In this document: piece after piece, positions 1-9,496 of the stretch
Numbering within the stretch: position 1 is the first letter of the stretch
Layout of the letters: every line of letters begins with the position of its first letter
Assembly: GCA_963832055.1 (NCBI GenBank)
Contig: CAWHST010000005.1
Location: forward strand, 484,285 to 548,284
Reading direction: 5' to 3'
DNA length: 64,000 nt
From: an uncultured Gemmatimonadales bacterium
Lineage (GTDB): Bacteria; Gemmatimonadota; Gemmatimonadetes; Gemmatimonadales; GWC2-71-9
The notes under the pieces: model-generated
What the model saw: the letters and a program-made list of their open reading frames with translations, nothing else
The model's database searches: none
Told to the model about the DNA's origin: nothing
Translations under genes and position numbers: made by a program

Positions 1-582
1 CTCGTCGAGCAGGAGGATGTCCGGCTGAAGGCACACCGCTACCGAAAAGGCCAGCCGCGCCTCCATCCCGGAGGAGTAGTACTTGAGGGGCGTGTCGGGC
101 AGGTCGGGAATCGCGGCGAACTCCACGATCTCATCGTACCGCTCGGCGAGCTCCCGCCGGGTGAGGCCGAGCACCGCCGCGTACAGCGCGATGTTCTCCG
201 ACCCGGTGAGCTCCGGGTGGAATCCGGCACCGAGCTCGATCACGGCCGTGATGCGGCCGTTGGTTTCGACCGTGCCGGCGGAGGGCTGGTAGATCCCGGC
301 GATCAGCCGGAGAGCCGTGCTCTTGCCCGAGCCGTTGCGGCCCAGCAGCGCCACGGCCTCCCCGCGCTCCACGACCAGGTTCAACTCGCGCAGGGTGAAC
401 TCGGCGCGCCGGACGTGGAGCGGCCGCCGCAGGATACGCCGGATGAACCACTCCCGGAGCGTGCTGGTGCGGTGCTCGTAGAAATAGAACCGCTTCGAGA
501 CCGCCCGAAGCGCGACGGCCGGGGCCGGCCGCGCCTCAGACGATCTCTGGGAAGACCGCGGCGTAACGGCGGAAGATGGCAT
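1..582 (-). CDS. ABC transporter ATP-binding protein, polysaccharide/O-antigen export type (Wzt/TagH-like); C-terminus lies beyond the window edge
   Basis: Open frame running off position 1, so it is absent from the ORF track. Hand translation gives AVSKRFYFYEHRTSTLREWF, Walker A GRNGSGKST (about 321-348), signature YSSGM and Walker B ILLLDE at 1-20. In-frame ATG at 580-582 overlaps the end of the permease gene. Confidence 0.8.
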   Translation of the reverse strand, partial: MPSSAVTPRSSQRSSEARPAPAVALRAVSKRFYFYEHRTSTLREWFIRRILRRPLHVRRAEFTLRELNLVVERGEAVALLGRNGSGKSTALRLIAGIYQPSAGTVETNGRITAVIELGAGFHPELTGSENIALYAAVLGLTRRELAERYDEIVEFAAIPDLPDTPLKYYSSGMEARLAFSVAVCLQPDILLLDE

Positions 583-1324
583 AGCCGACCAGGTAGAAGA
601 CGAACGCGGCGGCGAGCATGCCGCCCAACAGGTGGAGCGACGGCATCCGGCCCCAGTAGAGCACGTCCTGGTAGAGGGTCAGCAGTCCGGCGATGGGATT
701 GAGAAAGTAGATGGTCCGGGCCGCCTGGGGCACCATCTCCGCCGGATAGAACACCGGCGACAGGTAGAACAGCGTGGTCAGCGCGATCGGGAGCGCGTGA
801 TACACGTCATAGTAGAAGACCGAGAGCGTCGCGATCGGGAGCGCCAATCCGATGACCAGCAGCAGCTGGATCAGGGCCAGCACGGGCAGCAACGCAAAGC
901 TCTCGGGTACCTGGCGGTGGTGGAGCAGCACCAGCGCGATCAGGACCAGCGCGATCTCGGCCACGAACTCGATCAGCCGCGATCCGGCGGCGCTGAACAC
1001 CAGGATCTCGCTGGGGAACGCCACGCTGCGGGTGAGCCGGGAGTGCTCGGCGAAGATGTAGGTGCCGGTGTTGAGCGTCTGGAGCACGAAGTTCCACACG
1101 AAGTACCCGCTGAGCAGGAACGCCCAGTAGTCAGGCAGCGGGATGCGGACCACCTGGCTGAACACCAGGACCAGGATCGACACCGTCAGCAAAGGGTTCA
1201 CCAGCGTCCATACGAAGCCCAGCAGGGAGCGCTGGTATTTCACCTTGAGGTTTCGCACCACGAGGCTGTGCAGCAGCTCGCGGTACCGCCACACCCTCCG
1301 GAGGGGGCCGATAGAGCCGATCAT
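536..1324 (-). CDS. ABC-2 type polysaccharide export permease (Wzm/TagG/KpsM-like)
   Basis: C-terminal 262 aa of ORF 536..1486. MIGSIGPLRRVWRYRELLHSLVVRNLKVKYQRSLLGFVWTLVNPLL is the typical ABC-2 N-terminus, followed by 6 hydrophobic segments. ATG 1322-1324 forms an ATGA overlap with the upstream GT2 stop. Confidence 0.8.
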   Translation of the reverse strand: MIGSIGPLRRVWRYRELLHSLVVRNLKVKYQRSLLGFVWTLVNPLLTVSILVLVFSQVVRIPLPDYWAFLLSGYFVWNFVLQTLNTGTYIFAEHSRLTRSVAFPSEILVFSAAGSRLIEFVAEIALVLIALVLLHHRQVPESFALLPVLALIQLLLVIGLALPIATLSVFYYDVYHALPIALTTLFYLSPVFYPAEMVPQAARTIYFLNPIAGLLTLYQDVLYWGRMPSLHLLGGMLAAAFVFYLVGYAIFRRYAAVFPEIV

Positions 1325-2301
1325 CGGACGCTCTCCCGGCGCTGCCGCGCCAGCCGCCGCGCCCGGGGATAGACCAGCAATCCCAGCCAGCAGTTCCACC
1401 ACATGCGCACGAGTAGCCGGGCGGGCAACGGATCGCGCCGCACCGCGCGCCGCAGCAGGCGGACCCCCGGCTTGGCCAGCCGCCAACCGGTGTAGCCCAG
1501 CAGCGCGGGCCGCGACCTCGAGTCAGGCCCCATCAGATGCTTGGCGAGGAACGCCAGTACCGCGCGCTGGTGGCCCGCGATCTGGTCGTGCACGGCCTCC
1601 ACCTCGCGGCGGTGCTCGTGCCAGGCAAGCGCCGAAGGCTCGTACACCACCGCGTGGCCCGCGCCCAGCGCCCGCCACAACAGATCATGGTCGCCGCCGC
1701 CCGGGAGCGGCGGACCCAGGTCGAGCGCCTCGTCGAACCCGCCCAGCGCGCGGGCGGCGCCCCGGCGAACGGCGTAGCTGCAGCCGCATCCCACGCTGAT
1801 GGCCCAGGCGATGAGCGGAGCCCGGTGTCCGTGAAGCGGGCGGCGGGCATCGTCTGGAAGCCGGATTCGCTCGGTGCCGCGGGAGAAGCCGCCGTTGGCC
1901 TCGAAGAGGCGCTGGCCTGGAGTCTCGAGGCTGAGCGGCTCGATCCGCCCGGTGCAGACCGCCACGTCGGCGTCGGCCTGGAAGACACCCTGCAATGAGT
2001 CGGCCCATCCCGGCGCGGCCACGGCATCGTCGTCCAGAAACGCCACCACCTCCCCAGTCGCGGCCTCCAGCGCGCGGTTCCGCGCGAAGTCGAGCCCAGG
2101 CACCGGCTCGGACACGTAGCGAACGGAGGGAAACCTGGCGGCGACCAGCGAGCGGGTCGCGTCGTCGGCTGGGGCGTTGTCCACCACCAGGATCTCGGCG
2201 ATGGCGGGCACTTGGTTGACGAGGGATTCGAGTGCCCGGGCGAGGAGGTCCGGGCGGTTTCGGGTGCAGATCGCGGCGGTAAGTCTGCTCAGGCCGCTCA
2301 C
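1321..2301 (-). CDS. Glycosyltransferase family 2
   Basis: ORF 1321..2451 contains LTAAICTRNRPDLLARALESLVNQ...ILVVDNAPADD...FLDDDAV (GT2 DxD fold). GTG at 2299-2301 gives a GTGA overlap with the upstream stop, so the longer ORF start is rejected. Confidence 0.8.
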   Translation of the reverse strand: MSGLSRLTAAICTRNRPDLLARALESLVNQVPAIAEILVVDNAPADDATRSLVAARFPSVRYVSEPVPGLDFARNRALEAATGEVVAFLDDDAVAAPGWADSLQGVFQADADVAVCTGRIEPLSLETPGQRLFEANGGFSRGTERIRLPDDARRPLHGHRAPLIAWAISVGCGCSYAVRRGAARALGGFDEALDLGPPLPGGGDHDLLWRALGAGHAVVYEPSALAWHEHRREVEAVHDQIAGHQRAVLAFLAKHLMGPDSRSRPALLGYTGWRLAKPGVRLLRRAVRRDPLPARLLVRMWWNCWLGLLVYPRARRLARQRRESVR

Positions 2302-3275
2302 TCCCAGCGGGCCCGGGCGGGCTCCGCGGCCTGGCCGTGACGCATCCACCGGACGCCTCCCGCGACCAGTCCGGCGGAGTAGGCGAGTCGCGCGGCCAGG
2401 ACGGCGGGAAACATGAGCAGCGGCTCCACCGCTCTGGCGCGAAGCCAGCATCCCAGAATGTACGCCGTGCTGCCGAGCGCCAGCGGAACGCTGCCCACCA
2501 CCAGCAGCCCGGGGTAGCGATAGATCCAGGCCTGACGGGCGGCCCCGGACAGCGCCTTGCTCTCGATCGCGCTGTATCCCCAGCGGTAGTTGCGCCTCAG
2601 CAGGTTGCCGAAGCCAGGTCGGTTGTGGTGGTACACGACGGCGGTGGGCTCGAACAGGATGCGGCCGCCGGTCCGGCGAACCTCGGACTGCCAGGCCAGC
2701 TCTTCGTGGGCGTAGGCCACCGGTTGCCGCTCGGTGAATCCCCCGCTTCGCTCGAAGGTGGCGCGGCGCACGCTCAGGTTCCCCGGCGGGTGGTTCGCTA
2801 CTTCACCCGGCCGGCGCCGGGAATGCACGTGGTACCAGCCGCAGTAGTAGTCACAGCGCGCCATCGCCGGGAGGCCGGGAGGGAGGTCGAGCGAGCCGCC
2901 TACGACCTCCGCGCCGGCGTCATGAACGTCCAGCAGCCGATCCAGCCACCCCGCGAGCGGGGTGCAGTCGGCGTCGAGGAACACGATCGGATCGCCCGCG
3001 GCCATCGCCGCTCCCCGGTTCCGAGCCAGCGCGGGATTGCCGCTGGTGGACCCGGTGCCGAGCTCCAGTACCCTGGCACCGGCCTTCCGGGCCACGGCCA
3101 CCGTGTCGTCACTCGAGGCGTCGTCCACCACGATCACCTCCAGCTCTCGCCGGACCGGCTGCTGGGCCAGGACCGACCGGATCAGATCACCGATACCGGC
3201 GGCCTCGTTTCGCGCGGGGATCACGATTGAGACGAGACTCCGTGCTTCGGTGGTGCCGGCCTCAGGCCGGAACAT
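2298..3275 (-). CDS. Glycosyltransferase family 2
   Basis: ORF 2298..3419 contains VSIVIPARNEAAGIGDLIRSVLAQ...VIVVDDASSDDT...FLDADCTP. Internal ATG (MFRPEAG) at 3273-3275 overlaps the GT4 stop by 14 nt. Confidence 0.8.
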   Translation of the reverse strand: MFRPEAGTTEARSLVSIVIPARNEAAGIGDLIRSVLAQQPVRRELEVIVVDDASSDDTVAVARKAGARVLELGTGSTSGNPALARNRGAAMAAGDPIVFLDADCTPLAGWLDRLLDVHDAGAEVVGGSLDLPPGLPAMARCDYYCGWYHVHSRRRPGEVANHPPGNLSVRRATFERSGGFTERQPVAYAHEELAWQSEVRRTGGRILFEPTAVVYHHNRPGFGNLLRRNYRWGYSAIESKALSGAARQAWIYRYPGLLVVGSVPLALGSTAYILGCWLRARAVEPLLMFPAVLAARLAYSAGLVAGGVRWMRHGQAAEPARARWE

Positions 3276-4518
3276 CGCGATGCGCCTCCTGGTAGATCTC
3301 GGCGACCGACTGGCGGAACCGGCCCCAGCCCAGGTGCTCCACGGCGTACTCTCGGGCCGACTCCGCGATCGCCGCGCTCTTGGCACCGTCGCACAGCAGC
3401 GAGACGACACCGGCGGCAAGGCCTTCGGGGCTGGGCGGCACCAGCACGGCGCGCTCGTCGGTCAGCACCGTGCGGTGGGTCGGGATGTCCGTGGCCACGA
3501 TCGGGCGTCCGGCGGCGAGGTACTCGAACACCTTCAGGGGAAGGTTCCCGCCGAACGATCGGGGCGACACCAGGACGTCGGCCATCGCCAGATATCCCGG
3601 GATCAACGATCGCGGCTGCCGGTCCACGATGGTGAGAACCCCGTTCCGGACCAGCTCGGCCGCCGCCGTCTCCATCTCCGCGCGGCCAGCCTCGTCCGCG
3701 CCGACCAGCACGAACCTCGCCGAAGGCACCCGCTTGAGAATCAGCGGCGCGGCGCCGACCAAGTGCTCCAGTCCCTGATAAGCCTCGAACGTGCCACTGT
3801 AGAGCACCACCGGCGTGGCGTCCGAAAGTCCCAGCCGACGGCGGAGTTCCTCGGCTTCCACGGAGTGCTCGACGACTGTCCCACTGGGAAACCGCCACTC
3901 CCTGACCCGTGCGCCGGGGGCGACGCGCCGGACCCGGTCGGCCAGGCCGACGCTCGCGACCACGAGGTCGGTTTGCTGGAGCAGCCAGCGCTCGGCGGCT
4001 CCGAGCGCCGCGGGAAGCGGGGGTATGCGAGCCACGGAGTGCTTCAGCAGCTGCTCCGGCAGGCTCGACTGCATGTCGTACAGCGTCGGTATCCCGCGTC
4101 GACGCGCCATGACCACTGCCGGGAAGGCGGCCTCCTCGATGGCGTGCACGCAGGTGTACAAGGTCCGGGAGAGGCGGGTGTTCAGGGCGGCCACGAGGGA
4201 GACGTCGAGCGCCAGCTTTTGGAGCGAGAACCCGATCGGCACGGTCCCGATCCCGGCCGGATTGCCGGCGCGGAATATCCGAAGGCCCGGGAGAGTGATG
4301 TCCTCGCCCAGAGGAAACGTGAGCAGATCCACGCCATAGCCGAGCTGACTGAGGGCCTCGAGCACCTGGCGGAGCGCGATCGGGGTGCCGCGATCCTGGT
4401 AGAAGGGTTGCGGAGCGACGACGAGAATCCGCCTGCCCGCGACGCGACCTACCTCGGAGGTCCCGGGGGGCGCGTGGCGGTCACCACTCGGACGAGGGCT
4501 GGCGGTCCGCAGCTCCAT
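3262..4518 (-). CDS. Glycosyltransferase family 4 (GT-B, GT1/GT4 type)
   Basis: ORF 3262..4647 contains ILVVAPQPFYQDRGTPIA... and C-terminal PRSFGGNLPLKVFEYLAAGRPIVATD (E-x7-E region). ATG 4516-4518 is preceded by AAGGA within an unusually AT-rich stretch (4519-4560) that looks non-coding. Starts at 4554 or 4647 remain possible. Confidence 0.75.
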   Translation of the reverse strand: MELRTASPRPSGDRHAPPGTSEVGRVAGRRILVVAPQPFYQDRGTPIALRQVLEALSQLGYGVDLLTFPLGEDITLPGLRIFRAGNPAGIGTVPIGFSLQKLALDVSLVAALNTRLSRTLYTCVHAIEEAAFPAVVMARRRGIPTLYDMQSSLPEQLLKHSVARIPPLPAALGAAERWLLQQTDLVVASVGLADRVRRVAPGARVREWRFPSGTVVEHSVEAEELRRRLGLSDATPVVLYSGTFEAYQGLEHLVGAAPLILKRVPSARFVLVGADEAGRAEMETAAAELVRNGVLTIVDRQPRSLIPGYLAMADVLVSPRSFGGNLPLKVFEYLAAGRPIVATDIPTHRTVLTDERAVLVPPSPEGLAAGVVSLLCDGAKSAAIAESAREYAVEHLGWGRFRQSVAEIYQEAHRDVPA

Positions 4519-4631
4519 GTGTTCCTTAAGTAGTGTCCCTTCAATATCTTGCATGAGGCGATCGAGCTCCGGTAAAGGGACAATCCCGGTGACGTCGCCT
4601 TCCCCATCGGCAAGAAATCTGCCCGGATGCC

Positions 4632-5582
4632 TCAGCCGGAGCCACACCCGACGATCACGACGGTTCCCGGCCTCCCGAACCCACCCTCGCTGGTCAGGAC
4701 CATCTGGCTATCGTCGAGCCACGAGATGCCTTCCCCCTGGAGCTGAAAGCCCGCCGCGTCGCACGCGACGCCGGTCGGGACCAGAGTGCCTCGTGCCGTC
4801 AGTGTGAAAAGGTATATAGCGAGATACGTGCGAACCGCGACGCGACTGCCGGAGGGTGAGAGCGCGGCGTCGGTGACCCGATTGCCCAAGTTGCCGGAAT
4901 CGATGGGAAGCTTGCCGATCGCTTCGGCGGACACAGTCCGGTCCTTGCCCCAGGCCTTTGGCCGGATGCGGTACGCGGCCGGTGCGCTGCCTCGACCCTT
5001 GGTGATGAGATAGATGGTGCCGTCGGTCCCCACGAATGCCGCCTCGACATCCCTGGGGCCATCTGGATAGCGGAGTTCCAGCGCCTCGGCAGCCCGGGTC
5101 GCGGCGCTCCCTGCGGGGATCGTGGGCTCGGGCACGCGATAGATTCGGGCGGTTCGATGGTCCTGGTCGTTGTCTCCCGTATCGGCGATGTACAGGCAGT
5201 CGCGGCGCCCGCAGGGTCCCAGGGCGATTGCCTCCCAGTCGCGATTCCTCGCGCCGCGAACCACGAAGGCGCCGTGATCCCTCCCCAGCGTATCCGTCGC
5301 GAAGATCCAGGCGTCGTTTCCGGAGTCGTTCAGCGTCCAGAGAATTCCAGGCTGGCGCCGACTCGCGGCCACGCCCGAGCTCTCCTTGAGCTTGGGATGC
5401 TGAAACACGCCGGTACGGCGGGGAGTGTCCCCGCGCTGCATCCGCCATTGCGGCTGCATGCCGGCCATGGGCGTGAGACCCGCGGCAACGCCGAGGGCGA
5501 AGACGAGCGCGAGGCCCGCTAGGAACAGCAGGGCGATCCGAATCAGACGGCTGCCGACGGACAGAGGTCGGCCAGCACGCAC
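4632..5582 (-). CDS. Secreted/membrane-anchored protein of unknown function, probably beta-propeller-like
   Basis: C-terminal part of ORF 4632..6110. Signal-like RLIRIALLFLAGLALVFALGVAAG, then repeated DSG/DTG-type motifs (LNDSGNDAW, IADTGDNDQ, GTDGTIYLI). In-frame GTG at 5580-5582. The upstream part of the long ORF overlaps nth in another frame and is rejected. Confidence 0.6.
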   Translation of the reverse strand: MRAGRPLSVGSRLIRIALLFLAGLALVFALGVAAGLTPMAGMQPQWRMQRGDTPRRTGVFQHPKLKESSGVAASRRQPGILWTLNDSGNDAWIFATDTLGRDHGAFVVRGARNRDWEAIALGPCGRRDCLYIADTGDNDQDHRTARIYRVPEPTIPAGSAATRAAEALELRYPDGPRDVEAAFVGTDGTIYLITKGRGSAPAAYRIRPKAWGKDRTVSAEAIGKLPIDSGNLGNRVTDAALSPSGSRVAVRTYLAIYLFTLTARGTLVPTGVACDAAGFQLQGEGISWLDDSQMVLTSEGGFGRPGTVVIVGCGSG

Positions 5583-6214
5583 TGCGGGCAGCGCGGCCGC
5601 CGCGCGACGCACACCCGTCGTCCGTGGAAGATCAACAGGTGGGAGAGCAGCGCCCAATCTTCCCGGGGAAAGAGCGGCATCAGATCCTGCTCGATCTTGA
5701 GCGGGTCGTCGTGCCGGGTGAGGCCGAGGAGGCGGGCCAGTCGGGTGACGTGGGTGTCCACCGTCACCCCCGCGTTGATGCCGAACGCGTTCCCGAGTAC
5801 GACGTTCGCGGTCTTGCGCCCGACGCCCGGGAGCACTCGGAGCTCCTCCATGGTGCGAGGCACCTCGCCGCGGTGGTCCGCGACGAGGGCCTGCGCCATG
5901 CCGATCAGACTCCGGGTCTTGTTGCGAAAGAACCCGGTGGACCGGATGAGGTCTTCGACCTCGTCCCGGTCGGCGTGCGCCAGCGCTTCGGGTGACGGGT
6001 ACCGGGCGAAGAATGCCGGAGTCACCATGTTGACCCGCGCGTCGGTGCACTGGGCCGAGAGGATGGTCGCGACGAGCAGCTGAAACGCGTCGCCATGGTG
6101 GAGGGCGCAACGCGCGTCAGGGTATTCCCGCTTGAGCCGGGCCAGGATGGTCAAAGCCCTCCCGGCCCTGGCCGCCTTAGCCTCCCGCCCGGCGCGCCGG
6201 ACGGAGCTCTTCAT
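5543..6214 (-). CDS. nth: Endonuclease III (DNA glycosylase/AP lyase)
   Basis: FQLLVATILSAQCTDARVN, HhH-GPD LPGVGRKTANVVL, and the C-terminal 4Fe-4S cluster C-x6-C-x2-C-x5-C (CVARRPRCPQCVLADLC). ATG (MKSSVRR) at 6212-6214, 2 nt after the polX stop. Confidence 0.93.
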   Translation of the reverse strand: MKSSVRRAGREAKAARAGRALTILARLKREYPDARCALHHGDAFQLLVATILSAQCTDARVNMVTPAFFARYPSPEALAHADRDEVEDLIRSTGFFRNKTRSLIGMAQALVADHRGEVPRTMEELRVLPGVGRKTANVVLGNAFGINAGVTVDTHVTRLARLLGLTRHDDPLKIEQDLMPLFPREDWALLSHLLIFHGRRVCVARRPRCPQCVLADLCPSAAV

Positions 6215-6216
6215 CT

Positions 6217-7956
6217 TCACCGCCGCCGCCGCGCGAAGGCGGTGAATCCCTCGACCGATCGGGCGTTGAGGATGTCGTCCGGGCCGAGCCACCCCTTCCG
6301 CGCCATGCCGACACCGAAATCCACGTTCCCGATGCCCGGAATGCTGTGCGCGTCGGCGCCGATGGAGATCATGACCCCTCCCGAACGGACGCGCCGCAGC
6401 ACCCGCCAGTCGAGATCGAGCCGGTGCGGGTCGGCATTGATCTCCAGCGCGACGCCGTGTCGCGCCGCCTTCTCGATGATGGCGTCGAGGTCGATGCCAT
6501 AGGGGTCGCGCGACAGCAGCAGGCGGCCCGTGGGATGGCCGATGATCGTGAGATACGGGTTGTCCATGGCCGCCAGCATCCGGGCGGTCATCTCGGGTGG
6601 GCTCATGTTGAAGCGGCTGTGGATCGACGCGATCACGAAGTCGAGCCGCGCCAGCACCTGCTCCTCGAAATCCACTCTCCCGTCGGCGAGGATATCGGCC
6701 TCCACGCCCTTGAGCACCCGGATGCCCTCGATCCGGCCGTTGACCTCATCGATCTCGTCCGCCTGTCGGAGGAGGTCCTCGGAGCTGAGCCCGCCGGCGT
6801 AGGCCGCCGCCTGGCTGTGATCGGTGATGCCGACGTACTGGTAACCCGCGGCTCGACAGGCCACCGCCAGCTGCTCCGCGGTGTTGGAGCCGTCGGAGTA
6901 GTTGGTGTGGCAGTGGAGGAAGCCGCGCAAGTCGCCCATCTCCAGCAGGCGCGGCAGCTCGCCTCGCGCCGCGGCGGCCACCTCGCCCTGCCCCTCCCGC
7001 AGCTCCGGCGCCACGAGCGGTAACCCGAGCGCGCCGTACAGTCGCTCCTCGTCGGGGGTGGGGACAAACTCACTGCCCCGCCAGAGGGCCGCACCGGCGA
7101 GCGAGAAACCGCGCTCGGATGCGTGTCTCGCCAGCTCGTCCAGGTGCTGCTCGCTGCCCGTGGCCTGGACCAGCACCGCACCGACGTTCACCGGCGTCGT
7201 CACCACGATCTGCGCGCTCGCGCCACCGGCGAAGCGCAGGGTGAGCCGGCGCTCGTCCTGTCCGGCGAACTCGTGCACACCGGGGAACTGGCTCAGCCGC
7301 TTGAACAGCTCGGCCGGCGACACCTCGGCCACGAGGACCAGGACCAGATCGCGCACGATCTCCGAGCGGCGACGGACGTCGCCGGCCACGATGGCGGCGG
7401 TGACGCCGGGCAACCGGGCGAGCGCCGAGCGGAGACCCTCGGCCTCTTCGGCCGCGTGGTGGGAAAGCCGGAACGCGTTCGCCTGCCGCAGGAAGGCGAT
7501 GCTCTTGAGGATGTTCTCGGAGGTCTTCCGGCCGAACCGGGGCAGCTTGGCCAGGCGCCCATCGGTCGCGGCGGCCTCGAGGTCCGGCAGCGATTCTATC
7601 CCGAGGACATCGTGAATCTGCCGGATCTTGGCGACGCCGAGCCCGGAGATCGCGAGCATCTCCACCAGCCCGGGTGGGATCTGCTCCCGCAGCTCCTCGA
7701 GGATGCCAGCGCGGCCGGTATTGATCAGCTCCGACGCGATCTGAAGCGTTGCCGGCCCGACGCCTTTGGCCGCGGCGAGAGAGCCGTCATCCAGACCCTG
7801 CCGCAGATCGCCGCCGTAGCCGCCGATGGCTCGGGCGGCGGAGCGGAAGGCACGGATGCGGAACGGATTCTCGCCACGCAGCTCGAGGAACGCGGCGATC
7901 TGCTCCAGCACGTCCGCCACGGCCTTCTTGTCCATGAAGTCCTTCAGGGTTTCCAT
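6217..7956 (-). CDS. polX: DNA polymerase X family protein with C-terminal PHP domain (PolX)
   Basis: Intact 579-aa ORF. N-terminal HhH/Pol-beta-like region (ENPFRIRAFRSAARAI, GVGPATL, ISGLGVAKI). PHP motif HCHTNYSDGS...GITDHS...IGADAH. Confidence 0.9.
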   Translation of the reverse strand: METLKDFMDKKAVADVLEQIAAFLELRGENPFRIRAFRSAARAIGGYGGDLRQGLDDGSLAAAKGVGPATLQIASELINTGRAGILEELREQIPPGLVEMLAISGLGVAKIRQIHDVLGIESLPDLEAAATDGRLAKLPRFGRKTSENILKSIAFLRQANAFRLSHHAAEEAEGLRSALARLPGVTAAIVAGDVRRRSEIVRDLVLVLVAEVSPAELFKRLSQFPGVHEFAGQDERRLTLRFAGGASAQIVVTTPVNVGAVLVQATGSEQHLDELARHASERGFSLAGAALWRGSEFVPTPDEERLYGALGLPLVAPELREGQGEVAAAARGELPRLLEMGDLRGFLHCHTNYSDGSNTAEQLAVACRAAGYQYVGITDHSQAAAYAGGLSSEDLLRQADEIDEVNGRIEGIRVLKGVEADILADGRVDFEEQVLARLDFVIASIHSRFNMSPPEMTARMLAAMDNPYLTIIGHPTGRLLLSRDPYGIDLDAIIEKAARHGVALEINADPHRLDLDWRVLRRVRSGGVMISIGADAHSIPGIGNVDFGVGMARKGWLGPDDILNARSVEGFTAFARRRR

Positions 7957-8618
7957 CGAGCCTCTCCGGTTTCCACTCCTGCCAGGCTCTGGGTGCGCCA
8001 GCCGAGCTCCAGCAGCTCCGCCTCACCCTGGATGGAGCGGAGGCCGGCGGCCGCGCCACCCGGAAGGGTGGGGTCGAAGAGCGGCGACCCATCCTCCCTC
8101 ACGAGACTCTCCGCTCTGCCACCGGTCGCCTCGACGGCGCTGAAGCCGGCCCGCTCGGGCCGGAGGCCGAAGATGCCCAGCACCCGCAGTTCCCCGCCTG
8201 GCGTCCGGGAGACGAAGATTCCGTCCAGCGGCTCCGGGGCTTCGTTCTCGATGACGGCGGCCCAGATCATTCGCTCGGGGAACTGGGCATAGTAGGCGGG
8301 GATGTCCTTCGGGTCGGCGCCATCCGGCGCCTGTCTCAGCAGCTCCTCCGCCGCCTCTCGGCTCACGTGAATGGTGCCGGCCCCTGCGGCCCATGTGAGG
8401 TAGGCATGGTGGACCAACGCGACCAGCTGGTCCATCGCCTCACCGACCCCCTCCTCGGGCCGGAGGTCGTGCAGGAGAGTCACGACCTCGCGGTCCATCA
8501 GGAACGCGTCGCGGTCCCCGGGATCGGGGCCGGCCGTCGCCAGGCTGGCGGCGATCCGCGGAAAGGTGGACTCTGCTGCGCGGGCGAACACGAGATCGAA
8601 CGGGGTGGCACGAGACAT
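7944..8618 (-). CDS. Hypothetical protein
   Basis: Intact 224-aa ORF with coding-like composition. Overlaps the polX start by 13 nt, consistent with an operon. I recognise no domain. Confidence 0.6.
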   Translation of the reverse strand: MSRATPFDLVFARAAESTFPRIAASLATAGPDPGDRDAFLMDREVVTLLHDLRPEEGVGEAMDQLVALVHHAYLTWAAGAGTIHVSREAAEELLRQAPDGADPKDIPAYYAQFPERMIWAAVIENEAPEPLDGIFVSRTPGGELRVLGIFGLRPERAGFSAVEATGGRAESLVREDGSPLFDPTLPGGAAAGLRSIQGEAELLELGWRTQSLAGVETGEARWKP

Positions 8619-8647
8619 GGCGGGAAAGGTAATGCCGGAAGCTCGTC

Positions 8648-9475
8648 TCAGGCCGCCAGAAAGCCGCCGACGACCCGCACAAACTCTTCATGCGCTTCTA
8701 CATAGGGAACGTGGCCGCAACGGGGAACCGGATGAAACTCCGCGCCGATCAACTGGGCGGTCGTGGCCGCCGCCTCGATCGGAATCGGATCGCTTTCGCC
8801 GTGGAGAACGAGGGAGGGTATGGCGCGGAGCGTGGGGAGGCGGTCGCGAAGGTCGAAGTCGCCCAGGCTCGCCCAGACCTCCTGCTGGGTCCGGCCCGTC
8901 ACTCGAAAAGGGGTCAGATCGCGGGCCCGCTCGGGGTCGTGGAAGTAGGGGGCGACCGAGAGCTCGAAGATCCGCCGCTGAAATGCGTCGGGATCGCGCT
9001 CGCGGAGGCCGCTCTCCCTCAGCTCCCGGCGCGCCTCCTGAAACGCGGGGTCGAGGTTGCGCTGGCCGAAGCGTGCCTCGAAGCTCTCGCGGGCGGCCCT
9101 CCAGGACGGGGCGGGGGAGACCAGCGCCAACCGCGCGACCTTCGAGGGGTGATCCAGCGAGTACAGGAGGGCGAGCAGTCCGCCCCACGAGTACCCGACT
9201 ATGGTGAGACGGTCGAGTCCCCACGATTCGCGCAGAGCCTCGAGGTCGGCGACATGCTCGGTCCACCCGACGGGCACGTCCCGCGCGACCGGGGAGCGGC
9301 CGCCGCCGCGCTGGTCGTAGTAGATCAGCTCTCGGCCGTCCGCGAGCGCGTCGAACCCGGGAAGGAGATAGTCGTGATGGGCGCCGGGCCCGCCGTGGAG
9401 CACCACCACGGGCGGCCCGCTGTCCGATCCGACGCACGAAGAGCTCGACGCCGCGGACCCGCACGGTCGATTCAT
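8648..9475 (-). CDS. Alpha/beta hydrolase, proline iminopeptidase-like (S33 family)
   Basis: 275-aa ORF. VVVLHGGPGAHHDYL, YDQRGGGRS, nucleophile elbow GYSWGG, and C-terminal CGHVPYVE. Confidence 0.85.
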   Translation of the reverse strand: MNRPCGSAASSSSCVGSDSGPPVVVLHGGPGAHHDYLLPGFDALADGRELIYYDQRGGGRSPVARDVPVGWTEHVADLEALRESWGLDRLTIVGYSWGGLLALLYSLDHPSKVARLALVSPAPSWRAARESFEARFGQRNLDPAFQEARRELRESGLRERDPDAFQRRIFELSVAPYFHDPERARDLTPFRVTGRTQQEVWASLGDFDLRDRLPTLRAIPSLVLHGESDPIPIEAAATTAQLIGAEFHPVPRCGHVPYVEAHEEFVRVVGGFLAA

Positions 9476-9496
9476 GAGGATCTGTCATCGAGTCGG

